53,017 bases of DNA from a virus (Duplodnaviria > Caudoviricetes). Positions 45,572 to 53,017 of the stretch are shown here, one piece after another. The translations under genes and the position numbers were made by a program. The first letter of the stretch is position 1. Each line of letters starts with the position of its first letter. The stretch is taken from IMG/VR virus record IMGVR_UViG_3300042465_003316, positions 1-53,017 of that record; one strand, given 5' to 3'. The notes below the pieces were generated by a model. It worked only from the letters and a program-made list of their open reading frames with translations. It was not told the DNA's origin and ran no database searches.

Positions 45572-46946
45572 TCTTCTTTCTCCGTTTCTTCATTGCGTCC
45601 AGCAGGATGTCCTGCGTCCTGCGCTTGGTGGTGAGCCGGTCCAGCACCAACTCGTCCACGGTGTCGCGGGCGATTATCCGGTGGATGAACACCGGTCTGT
45701 CGTAGCCCGACTGCATCTGCCGGGTGGGTCCGATCCGCTCGATGATCTGCAGGTGCTCCTCAAGGTTCCAGTTGGGCGAGAAGAACACCAGTATGTTGCC
45801 GCCGTGCTGCAGGTTCAGGCCGTGGCCGGCGCTGGCCGGGTGGGCGAACAGCACCGGTATCTTCCCGGCGTTCCAGTCCGATATGGTGCTCGGGTCCTTG
45901 TCCAGATGCCGCCCCTGCGGGAAGGCCTTCAGAAGCCGCGCTAGGTCGCTCTTGAAGTTGTAGGCGACCAGCACCGGCATGCCGGCGGCCTCCTCCACAA
46001 TCGACTCCAGCGCCTCCAGCTTGACCTTGTGCGTCTCCGTCCACTTGGTGCGGGTGTCGTCGGTGTAGGCCGCCCCGGCGGCCAACTGCAGGCACTTGAT
46101 GGTCTTGGCCGCCGCGTTGAACGCCTCGACCTCGATGCCCTCAAGCTCGGTGTACATCTCGTCCTCCATGTCCCGGTAGTGCTTGCGGGCCTTGGGCGGC
46201 AGGTCCACCAAGATGTCGTTGACGATGGGCTCCAGCAGGTCGAACCAGTCCTTGGCCTCGATCGTCAAGCAGACGTCGCGCAGCTTGTCTTGGATTTCGG
46301 TCTGGGCCGACGGCACCGGCACCAGACTGAAGCCGTCGAAGCCCTCCCGGAACCAACGCTGGCTGAAGGCGCTGTAGCTGCGCCCGAGGCGCGTGCCCGC
46401 GTCGATGAACCACGCCTGCCCCCAGAGGTCCTTGAGCCCGTTGCTGGCCGGCGTGCCGGTCAGTTCGATCAGCCGCTTGATCTTGGTGTGGGCGATGCTG
46501 CCCAGCGCCTGCGCCCGCTTGCCGCCCTGACGCAGCCGGAAGTTCTTGACCTTGGTGGACTCGTCCAGCACCACGGTCGCGTAGGGCCACTTGTCACCCC
46601 AGTATTCCACCAGCCAGACGATCTGCTCGTAGTTGGTGGCGTAGACCGCCGCAGGCGCCTTGATGGCCGCTATGCGCTCACGCTCGGTGCCCGTGATCAC
46701 GGACACGTTCATGCCGCGCAGGTGGTTCCACTTCAGCACCTCGTTGGGCCACGTGTCGCTGGCGACCCGCAGGGGCGCTATGACCAGCACAGGGCCGTCC
46801 TCGACCATCTGGAGCGTGTCTATGGCCGTCAGGGTCGCCACGGTCTTGCCGGTGCCCATGCCGGCCCATACCGCGCACCGGGGGGTGTCTAGGATGTGGT
46901 CGATGATCATGCCCTGATACGGGCGGGGGGTGAACTCAGTTCGCAT
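45564..46946 (-). CDS. SNF2-like SF2 helicase
   Basis: PRPYQ, GMGTGKT, VVLDES, LTGTP, SAGHGLNLQ, RIG..RQ. Confidence 0.92.
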   Translation of the reverse strand: MRTEFTPRPYQGMIIDHILDTPRCAVWAGMGTGKTVATLTAIDTLQMVEDGPVLVIAPLRVASDTWPNEVLKWNHLRGMNVSVITGTERERIAAIKAPAAVYATNYEQIVWLVEYWGDKWPYATVVLDESTKVKNFRLRQGGKRAQALGSIAHTKIKRLIELTGTPASNGLKDLWGQAWFIDAGTRLGRSYSAFSQRWFREGFDGFSLVPVPSAQTEIQDKLRDVCLTIEAKDWFDLLEPIVNDILVDLPPKARKHYRDMEDEMYTELEGIEVEAFNAAAKTIKCLQLAAGAAYTDDTRTKWTETHKVKLEALESIVEEAAGMPVLVAYNFKSDLARLLKAFPQGRHLDKDPSTISDWNAGKIPVLFAHPASAGHGLNLQHGGNILVFFSPNWNLEEHLQIIERIGPTRQMQSGYDRPVFIHRIIARDTVDELVLDRLTTKRRTQDILLDAMKKRRKKNG

Positions 46947-47211
46947 TGGAGTACAGCGCGTCAACGCCCCCCTTGCTGTCGACCACGAACACCGTCTGGC
47001 CCATGTCGCGCATCCGCTTGTGTTCGCGTAGCTGGTGCGGCTCGGGAACCTTGCCGGTGGCCTTCAGTTCCACCCACTCGGTGTGGTCGGGCGGCATCAT
47101 CACCAGCCGGTCCGGTGCCCCGCGCCGGCCAATCCACTTGACCTTGCGGACCTCGCCGCCCAGTTCCTTGACCCTCTTGACGAGGTACTTCTCAATCTCT
47201 GACTCACGCAT
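46936..47211 (-). CDS. VRR-NUC domain nuclease
   Basis: MRESEIEKYL...GAPDRLV...WVELK...Q. Confidence 0.9.
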   Translation of the reverse strand: MRESEIEKYLVKRVKELGGEVRKVKWIGRRGAPDRLVMMPPDHTEWVELKATGKVPEPHQLREHKRMRDMGQTVFVVDSKGGVDALYSNAN

Positions 47212-47255
47212 TTTTGTTCCTTTCGTGTACATATGCGGGCATACGTGTTAACTTT

Positions 47256-49346
47256 TCAGCCTTTTTTATACCTGTACGTCTCAAAACCCGCTGCTGCCAA
47301 CGGCATGTCTAGCGCCCACGCTGGGGGCGCGGCCAGTAACCCGGCCATGTGCTCGACGTTGTACTGCGGCTCGTCCGGCGTCTCCGCGATGATCTCGTCA
47401 TGCACCGTGAGGATGATCGCGTAGCCCGCCGCCTCGATCAGCGGCATGTTGGCGGCCATCACGTCCCGGGCGATCGCCTGCACGATGTTCTCGAACAGCT
47501 TGCCGCCGTGGGTGCTGATCCGGGTCCACTTGCGTGTGTACTGGTCGATGCCCATGTAGCTGATGGCGCCGTCCTCCGCGACCCGTGGTGACGGGTAGCA
47601 CAGCGTGCGGCCCGAGGGCAGCCCGATCAGCAGCCAGTTCTTGCTGGCCCTGACCTTGAGCCCGATCTCGTTGAATGTGTTGCCCCGGTTGGCGAGCGCC
47701 TTTCCCGCCACGTTCTTGAGCTTGTGCCAGTACCCCGTGATGTTGGGGTGCGCGTCCCGCCACATCCGCTTGAGGACGTCGCAGGCCACGAAGGCGTCGT
47801 CGGACAGCCCGTAGCGGGGCCGCTTGTCCTTCTTGGCCCACTCAAGGAACTTGTCCGCCTTGGCGACGATCTCCTCGGAGGCCTCCGGCAGCACCTTGTC
47901 CGCTAGGTCGTCCAGATCGATGCTGTAGGTCTTGGCAAAGGTCGCAAAGGCACCCACGCCGCCCTCATAGGCCAGCGCAAGCTCCTGCACCTTACCGACC
48001 TGCCTCTGGTCGTCTGTGACGGCCTCTGGCTTGATCTTGAAGGACTTCGCGTAGGCCAGCTTGTACAGGTCGGGCCCGAGCCGGATGGGCTTGCCCTTGG
48101 CGTCCTGCCCGGTGATAGTGTCAAAGTCGCGGAAGGCCTTGAGCTTCCACTCCTCGTTCGCCAGCCACGCCTGTACCCGGCCCTCGATGTTCGCCAAGTC
48201 GGCCACCACCAGCTTCTTGCCCGGGGCCGCCACGATGCAGCTACGGATGCAGGAACTCACCAACTCCATGACGTTGCCGACGGTCAGGTGTGCACACCCG
48301 GCCCGCAGCGCCTCAATGCCGGCGTCGATCGCCTTCTGCTTGAGCGTGGGCCGGGGCAGGTTCTGGGGCTGGAATAGCCTCCCCGCCCAGCGCCCGGTGC
48401 GGATGGCACCACAGAACTGCAGCAACCCGCGCAGGCGCCCGTCGAGGCTGGTGCCGCGCTGCAGCACCCGGTACTTGCTGGTGCTGGTGCTGCTGGCCTG
48501 CAGCCGGATCAGCAGCAACTCGCGCATTGCCGGGTTCAGGTCCGTCTCGGACAGCGCCTTCTCGATGGTCGCCATCTGCAGGTCGGGCAGGTCAATGCCG
48601 AACGCCTCGAACAGGTGCAGCCGGAAGACCTCGGTCAGCGTGGTGCTTGACACGCTGCCCTCGGTTATCTCCTGCGTCCGCCCGGACAGTTCGTGCTTGG
48701 CCCTGTCGATCGCCTCGATGGCCGACCTCACCAGAGCCAGATCGATGCGCACGCCCCGGTCGTTGATGCGCTGGTCAAGCTGCCATAGCTCGCGCTCGGC
48801 GGGGGTGAAGTTGATCACGGGCATGCGCTTCTTGACCTCGCGCATGGCCTCGATGTCGCTGGCGGCGTAGGCCTTGAACCGCTCCCACTCGGCGGGGTGC
48901 GTCTCGCGGGTAGCCCGGTCCAGCTTGCGGTTCTTGCCCAGCGGCTTGCAGAACAGTTGGATGAGCCGCTTGCCGTCCTTGTCCTTGGCCTTGTCGGCGG
49001 GCAGGCCCAGCACCTCGCAGAGCATGCCAAGGCTACCCGGCAGGCTGTGCGCCATGGCCTGCACCATGGTGTCGTGGATGTGGTCGGTGGGGATGTCGAC
49101 GCCCCAGACGTGCCGGATCACCGTGCGATCGAAGTGAGAGTTGTGGATCACCACCTCGGCGTCGGATAGCCCCTTGAGGACATCGTCGGGAAGTTGCTCG
49201 CCTGCGGTGAAATCGGTGACCTGTACCGGGGCATCGTCCCATGCCCATGCCGCTAACAGGATCGCTGCATTCGCGGCATAGGCATGGGTGCCGTGGGTTA
49301 TGGGCGTCTCGGAGAATGTCTCCAGATCGAGATAAAGCGTTCGCAT
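47256..49346 (-). CDS. polA: DNA polymerase family A (phage type, 3'-5' exonuclease plus polymerase)
   Basis: DLET, HNSHFD, RTGRWAG, DLANIEGR, RQVGKVQELALAY, ENIVQAIARD, VHDE. Confidence 0.95.
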   Translation of the reverse strand: MRTLYLDLETFSETPITHGTHAYAANAAILLAAWAWDDAPVQVTDFTAGEQLPDDVLKGLSDAEVVIHNSHFDRTVIRHVWGVDIPTDHIHDTMVQAMAHSLPGSLGMLCEVLGLPADKAKDKDGKRLIQLFCKPLGKNRKLDRATRETHPAEWERFKAYAASDIEAMREVKKRMPVINFTPAERELWQLDQRINDRGVRIDLALVRSAIEAIDRAKHELSGRTQEITEGSVSSTTLTEVFRLHLFEAFGIDLPDLQMATIEKALSETDLNPAMRELLLIRLQASSTSTSKYRVLQRGTSLDGRLRGLLQFCGAIRTGRWAGRLFQPQNLPRPTLKQKAIDAGIEALRAGCAHLTVGNVMELVSSCIRSCIVAAPGKKLVVADLANIEGRVQAWLANEEWKLKAFRDFDTITGQDAKGKPIRLGPDLYKLAYAKSFKIKPEAVTDDQRQVGKVQELALAYEGGVGAFATFAKTYSIDLDDLADKVLPEASEEIVAKADKFLEWAKKDKRPRYGLSDDAFVACDVLKRMWRDAHPNITGYWHKLKNVAGKALANRGNTFNEIGLKVRASKNWLLIGLPSGRTLCYPSPRVAEDGAISYMGIDQYTRKWTRISTHGGKLFENIVQAIARDVMAANMPLIEAAGYAIILTVHDEIIAETPDEPQYNVEHMAGLLAAPPAWALDMPLAAAGFETYRYKKG

Positions 49347-49370
49347 GTGTGTATGTGCTGCGAGACAATT

Positions 49371-49562
49371 CTATGCCGGTCCGGTGTCTTTTGCTTCCAC
49401 CAGACGGTGGAAGGCCTCGCTGATCTGGAACGCCCCAAAGGCGGTCTGCTCGGCCTGCATCATCCGCCCCACCAAGTCGGGGTTCTTCTTTGCGTAGCCT
49501 TCGCCGAACACATCGTCGATGGTTTCGACCATGGTCCATAGCTGTTCTTTCATCGCGCTCAT
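49371..49562 (-). CDS. hypothetical protein (IDDVFGEGYAKKNPDLV)
   Basis: GGAG RBS before ATG 49562. Confidence 0.7.
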   Translation of the reverse strand: MSAMKEQLWTMVETIDDVFGEGYAKKNPDLVGRMMQAEQTAFGAFQISEAFHRLVEAKDTGPA

Positions 49563-49646
49563 GTGTATATCTCCAGTGTGTAAAAGGTGGGGGTACTTGC
49601 TGTAAAGCGGCAACTGCAAATTGAAACGTAGCTTTCCCCCCGAAAA

Positions 49647-50189
49647 TCAGACCAAGTCGTCGATGCCCAGATCGTCAAAGCCGTCGTCGGACGGAACGCT
49701 GGCAGAGAACGGCTCACCGTCCCGGGCAAACTGGATCACCGAGAAGCTGGCGCGTACGCCCGCATTCTCACCCGTCTGGCAATAGATTTCGACCTTGGCG
49801 TTGACGTAGCAGCCGCCGTAGGGCTTGCTGTCGTCGCTGGTCAGGGGGCTCTTGTCCCGGTCAATGACCAGCGGGCGGGTCAGCTTGGCCGAGCGGTGGG
49901 TCGCCAGCACCATCTTGCCTTGGTACTCCTCGTTGGCCTTGGTGCTGCCGTCGGTGTAGCAATACTTGTTGGACTGCCCGAGCATGCCCTTGAGCATGGT
50001 CGGGGCCTTGACGCCCCATACGGCCTTGGCCTCAGACTCGATGGCCGCCTTGATGTGCTTGTCGTTGTCGCTGTCCGGCTCGATGATGAACGCAGCGCTC
50101 CAACGCGGCTTGCCGTCGCCGGCCTTGAACTCACGGGCTTGGAACAGAGTGGGGTACGACAGGCGCACGTCTTTGATGATGATTTCCAT
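49647..50189 (-). CDS. DUF2815 single-stranded DNA-binding protein
   Basis: VRLSYP.LF, YGGCYVNA, IQF.RDGEPF, acidic tail. Confidence 0.9.
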   Translation of the reverse strand: MEIIIKDVRLSYPTLFQAREFKAGDGKPRWSAAFIIEPDSDNDKHIKAAIESEAKAVWGVKAPTMLKGMLGQSNKYCYTDGSTKANEEYQGKMVLATHRSAKLTRPLVIDRDKSPLTSDDSKPYGGCYVNAKVEIYCQTGENAGVRASFSVIQFARDGEPFSASVPSDDGFDDLGIDDLV

Positions 50190-50206
50190 GATTGTCTTTC
50201 AGAAAG

Positions 50207-51358
50207 TTAAAGGGATGTCACGTCATCAAACCCAGAGGCATCCACTGACGTGACCAGTGCGGGACGCTTGTCGGATGCCGGGGCCACGGATGGCTGGCCG
50301 GCGCTTTGGGTGATCAGGGCCTGAATCTTGGTCCACTGGCGTGGTCCAATCTCGTCCGCCTTGACCAACTTCTCGATGCTGGTGGGGCTCGCCAGCTTGT
50401 AGTCGTACATCATGTCGTGCTTGATGCGCATCGCCTTGAGCGTGGCCTCGGCCACCTCCGGACTCTCCCACATCCGGTTGCCGCGCTTGCCCTGCACCAG
50501 CTTGTAGCCCTTGACGGGCGTGCCGGCCAACAACCTGCGCTCGACCTCGGCACGCACGGCCTTGACCCAGTTCTCGATCATGTCCGCGTTAGCCATCACC
50601 CGGGCAAGGTCGTCCTCGTCCGCCGTCTCCGGCACGACCACATCGAAGTCGGCCAGCACGTCCTCGCGCAGGGCGGGGCAGGTGGCCTTGGCACGGCACC
50701 ACTGGCAGCCCTTGGGGGACGGCACCAGCTTCTCCGGCTCTATGTCGACCGCCTGCGACGCCGCTATCACGCTGACGACAAAGTCGTGCAACTCGTCCGG
50801 GGTGCAGGTGTACTCCGGCTTCGCCAAGAGCCGGGGCTGGCTGATCACCACCCGGATGCGCTCGAAGTCATAGGCCACCTTCAACTCGTCGTGAGCCGCC
50901 GCCGCGTAGATCAGCAACTGGGGATTGCGCTCGGCATCCACCTCCTTGAACCCAAACTTGGCGTCCACGATGATCAACTCGTTGGGCGTCACGATGACGG
51001 CGTCCGCCGTGCCGTGCGCGTCCTTCTCGCTGGTCATCCACCAGATGGGCAGCCGCTGCTCGATCCGCAGTTCGCCGTTGGTCGCCTTGACGATGTCCCG
51101 GACGTGGTCCACGTAGAACTGCACGTCCGCGACCTGCTTGACCTGCAGGGTCAGGCCCGTGTCCTTGTCGGTGGTGCCCACGTAGTCGATGGGGTCGGTG
51201 CCCGTCTCAAGGCACTTGGCCGCGATGGCGTGCATCATGCTGCCCTCGTCGGCGTTGCTGGACGACTTGTCCTCGATGCCCTCGGACAGCGCGACGCTGC
51301 CCGGGCAGGTCATCCACCGCACCGCGCTGCTGGGTGACAGCTTGGCGTGTCCGCTCAT
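50207..51358 (-). CDS. DUF2800 Cas4-like PD-(D/E)xK nuclease
   Basis: HAKLSPSS..RWMTCPGS, GTAD, IVDAKFG, NPQL, QPR, CQWCRAKATC. Confidence 0.9.
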   Translation of the reverse strand: MSGHAKLSPSSAVRWMTCPGSVALSEGIEDKSSSNADEGSMMHAIAAKCLETGTDPIDYVGTTDKDTGLTLQVKQVADVQFYVDHVRDIVKATNGELRIEQRLPIWWMTSEKDAHGTADAVIVTPNELIIVDAKFGFKEVDAERNPQLLIYAAAAHDELKVAYDFERIRVVISQPRLLAKPEYTCTPDELHDFVVSVIAASQAVDIEPEKLVPSPKGCQWCRAKATCPALREDVLADFDVVVPETADEDDLARVMANADMIENWVKAVRAEVERRLLAGTPVKGYKLVQGKRGNRMWESPEVAEATLKAMRIKHDMMYDYKLASPTSIEKLVKADEIGPRQWTKIQALITQSAGQPSVAPASDKRPALVTSVDASGFDDVTSL

Positions 51359-51579
51359 GGCTTGGGCTCCACGTCGATGACGTCAGTGGCACCAAGTTCA
51401 ACAACGGCGTCCGGCTGGGCGGGTGGAGCGTTGTCCACGCTCAGTTCACGCACAAAGTCCAGAATCCGAGCCGCCAACACCGTGGCCGGCGTGGGCTCCA
51501 GCCCCTCGGTGGTCCAGTTCACGTCCACGACGCCCTCGATGGCGGTCGAGTCGATCAGATTGATGTTGACGGTGCTCAC
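51355..51579 (-). CDS. hypothetical protein
   Basis: Coupled starts and stops, AAGGAG RBS. Confidence 0.6.
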   Translation of the reverse strand: MSTVNINLIDSTAIEGVVDVNWTTEGLEPTPATVLAARILDFVRELSVDNAPPAQPDAVVELGATDVIDVEPKP

Positions 51580-51947
51580 GCGGCCAACTCCTTCAAGAAA
51601 GCGGCGTAGTCGGCAGGCTTGAGTTGCGGACCCTTGGCCGCGCCGAACTTAGCCAGCACCGCAATCACCTTGGCCCGGTCCACTTTAAAGACGTCCGTGA
51701 TGGCCTTTGCCACCGCTGCGTACTCGATGGCGTCAGAAGGGGGTGCCGTAGCAGGCGCGGGCTTCACAGGCTCGGTCACGGCTGCAGGCGGGGTAGCTGC
51801 AGGCTTTGGGGGCGCCACCTCGGCCTTGGCCGGCGCGGCGGTATCGATGACGGTAAAAGTGTGGACCTTTCCGAATGCCGCTGACAGGGCTTCTGACAGG
51901 GCTCCCAACGCTGCCGTGCAGCGCTGCAGTTCAAGCTCTAGGCTCAT
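51576..51947 (-). CDS. hypothetical protein preceding DUF2800 (Ala/Pro linker, L.KFGA...LKP.DY C-terminus)
   Basis: GGAG RBS; typical first gene of DUF2800-DUF2815-PolA modules. Confidence 0.75.
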   Translation of the reverse strand: MSLELELQRCTAALGALSEALSAAFGKVHTFTVIDTAAPAKAEVAPPKPAATPPAAVTEPVKPAPATAPPSDAIEYAAVAKAITDVFKVDRAKVIAVLAKFGAAKGPQLKPADYAAFLKELAA

Positions 51948-51959
51948 GTGTGTATCTCC

Positions 51960-52110
51960 GTTAAAACGACAACGGGATTGTTGTCGCTGGGCCTGATCAT
52001 ACCCACTTTTTGGGAAATGTGAACATTTTTACGAAAAAAGTATTGTGGAGTACAAAAAGTCGTTGTATGATTCGTACCAGCAGCAACGTCGCTGCTTACA
52101 CATAGGACAC
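51960..52110. promoter_or_regulatory. divergent promoter region
   Basis: AT-rich; TATGAT on - strand (51994-51999) and + strand (52066-52071), each followed by a hairpin. Confidence 0.7.
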
Positions 52111-52114
52111 CCAC

Positions 52115-52393
52115 ATGAACATGAAAAACCTAAACGTATTCCGCCGCCTCGATGAACTCGAAACCGCAAACCTGCATCTGCAGGTCATGCTGAAGAGCGT
52201 ACGCATGGAGGTCGACAACCTGAAAAAACAGCTTGCGGCCACACCAGCACCTGTAGCATTCAAGATAAAACCCGGCCCGAAGCCCAAGGCAGTCAAGCCC
52301 ATGGAGACGTTGGAGAGCACCCGCGCAAAGAAGGCGGCCTACGCCCGCACGTACTACGCCAAGAAGCGAGCCGCAGCAAAGGCAGCAGCATGA
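52115..52393 (+). CDS. basic hypothetical protein
   Basis: AGGA RBS; coiled coil followed by YARTYYAKK. Confidence 0.7.
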   Translation: MNMKNLNVFRRLDELETANLHLQVMLKSVRMEVDNLKKQLAATPAPVAFKIKPGPKPKAVKPMETLESTRAKKAAYARTYYAKKRAAAKAAA

Positions 52394-52545
52394 AGATCAA
52401 CATGCTTACCCGAGTGCGTAAGCACTTCAACAGTGGTATGCGCCACATCGACCGCCACAACCAACGCGCATGGGTCAAGTCCGTGCGCTTCCTCGGCACG
52501 AAATGGCTGCTGCATCCAGAGAACATGATTGGGAGAACGAAATGA
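52390..52545 (+). CDS. small hypothetical protein (51 aa, absent from ORF track)
   Basis: MKINMLTRVRKHF...RHNQRAWVKSVRFLGTKWLL; ATGA overlaps at both ends. Confidence 0.7.
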   Translation: MKINMLTRVRKHFNSGMRHIDRHNQRAWVKSVRFLGTKWLLHPENMIGRTK

Positions 52546-52805
52546 GTATTTTGGAAGAGATAAAGGTTAACAGAACGCCCACTCACATGGTGCGTACCCC
52601 GAGCCTCACACTTAGCCGGGAAGCTCGGCAAAGCATGGGTAAGTACACCGAGCGCGAGAAACAGCCCGGTGAAGTGAAGGCCCCAGAGAACGATCTCTGG
52701 CAGCGTGACACCTACCGCACAGGCGACGGCGACTACACGGCCCAAGTGCCGAGAGAAGGTAGCCTTGTTGCTTTTAGTCTGCCGAGCCGGGGGAATCGGA
52801 CATGA
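52542..52805 (+). CDS. hypothetical protein (REGSLVAFSLPSRG C-terminus)
   Basis: GGGAG RBS, start 52542. Confidence 0.7.
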   Translation: MSILEEIKVNRTPTHMVRTPSLTLSREARQSMGKYTEREKQPGEVKAPENDLWQRDTYRTGDGDYTAQVPREGSLVAFSLPSRGNRT

Positions 52806-53017
52806 CAACAAACACAGGAGGCCCAGCGTTCCCCCATGAATACAAATACGGAGACGGCACTGCACAAAGGTGTGACGGCATGACCCTGCGCGACTACTTT
52901 GCTGCCAAGGCGATGGAGGGGATGTTGGCCTATTCCTACTTACACCCATTAAGCATGGAGGATGGGTGTGCCCGTGACGCCTATGATATGGCAGACGCAA
53001 TGCTGAAAGCGAGGGAA
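52802..53017 (+). CDS. 3'-truncated GGPAFP...GMTLRDYFAAKAM phage family protein
   Basis: Hand translation shows the recurrent phage motif ending AYDMADAMLKARE. Confidence 0.85.
   Translation, partial: MTTNTGGPAFPHEYKYGDGTAQRCDGMTLRDYFAAKAMEGMLAYSYLHPLSMEDGCARDAYDMADAMLKARE

Noticed and set aside
1856-51337. Many long antisense or alternate-frame ORFs (e.g. 1856-2965, 3140-4069, 4989-5888, 10347-11534, 23318-24376, 46029-46892, 50306-51337)
   Set aside because: They shadow well-supported genes, lack RBS and motifs, and are expected from high GC3 codon bias
1-53017. Terminal repeats, circular overlap, att sites, integrase, tRNA genes, alternative genetic code
   Set aside because: The two ends share no visible overlap, no such genes were recognised, and genes are intact in code 11 with TAG, TGA and TAA all used as stops

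Overview
This is a near-complete ~53 kb tailed dsDNA phage genome with podovirus-like gene content. Both ends fall inside a cluster of small early genes and no terminal overlap is visible. The + strand carries, in order: small early genes, a Cro-like HTH, an AEP primase-helicase followed by an iteron origin, DUF932, an HNH nuclease, terS/terL, two giant multidomain proteins, portal, a GroES-like protein, scaffold, major capsid, head/tail proteins, tail fibre, a GH108 lysis module and ejection-type proteins. The - strand carries a SNF2-like helicase, VRR-NUC, PolA, DUF2815 SSB and a DUF2800 nuclease. I see no integrase, CI repressor, tRNA, CRISPR or reverse transcriptase. The strongest unexplained signal is a [FYML]-[AK]-x-G-G-x-[VIL] motif occurring about 30 times across five late-region proteins. 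It sits at the boundaries between unrelated domains, and one copy precedes a GxGDGTSDxI...NGEYV domain resembling the C-terminal segment of lambda gpH, which is processed. This suggests a polyprotein processing or capsid-targeting system for virion cargo. Other observations are a triplicated promoter architecture with fixed spacing, several candidate structured RNAs and a recombining micro-gene cassette array. Family assignments come from motif recognition by eye, not database searches.
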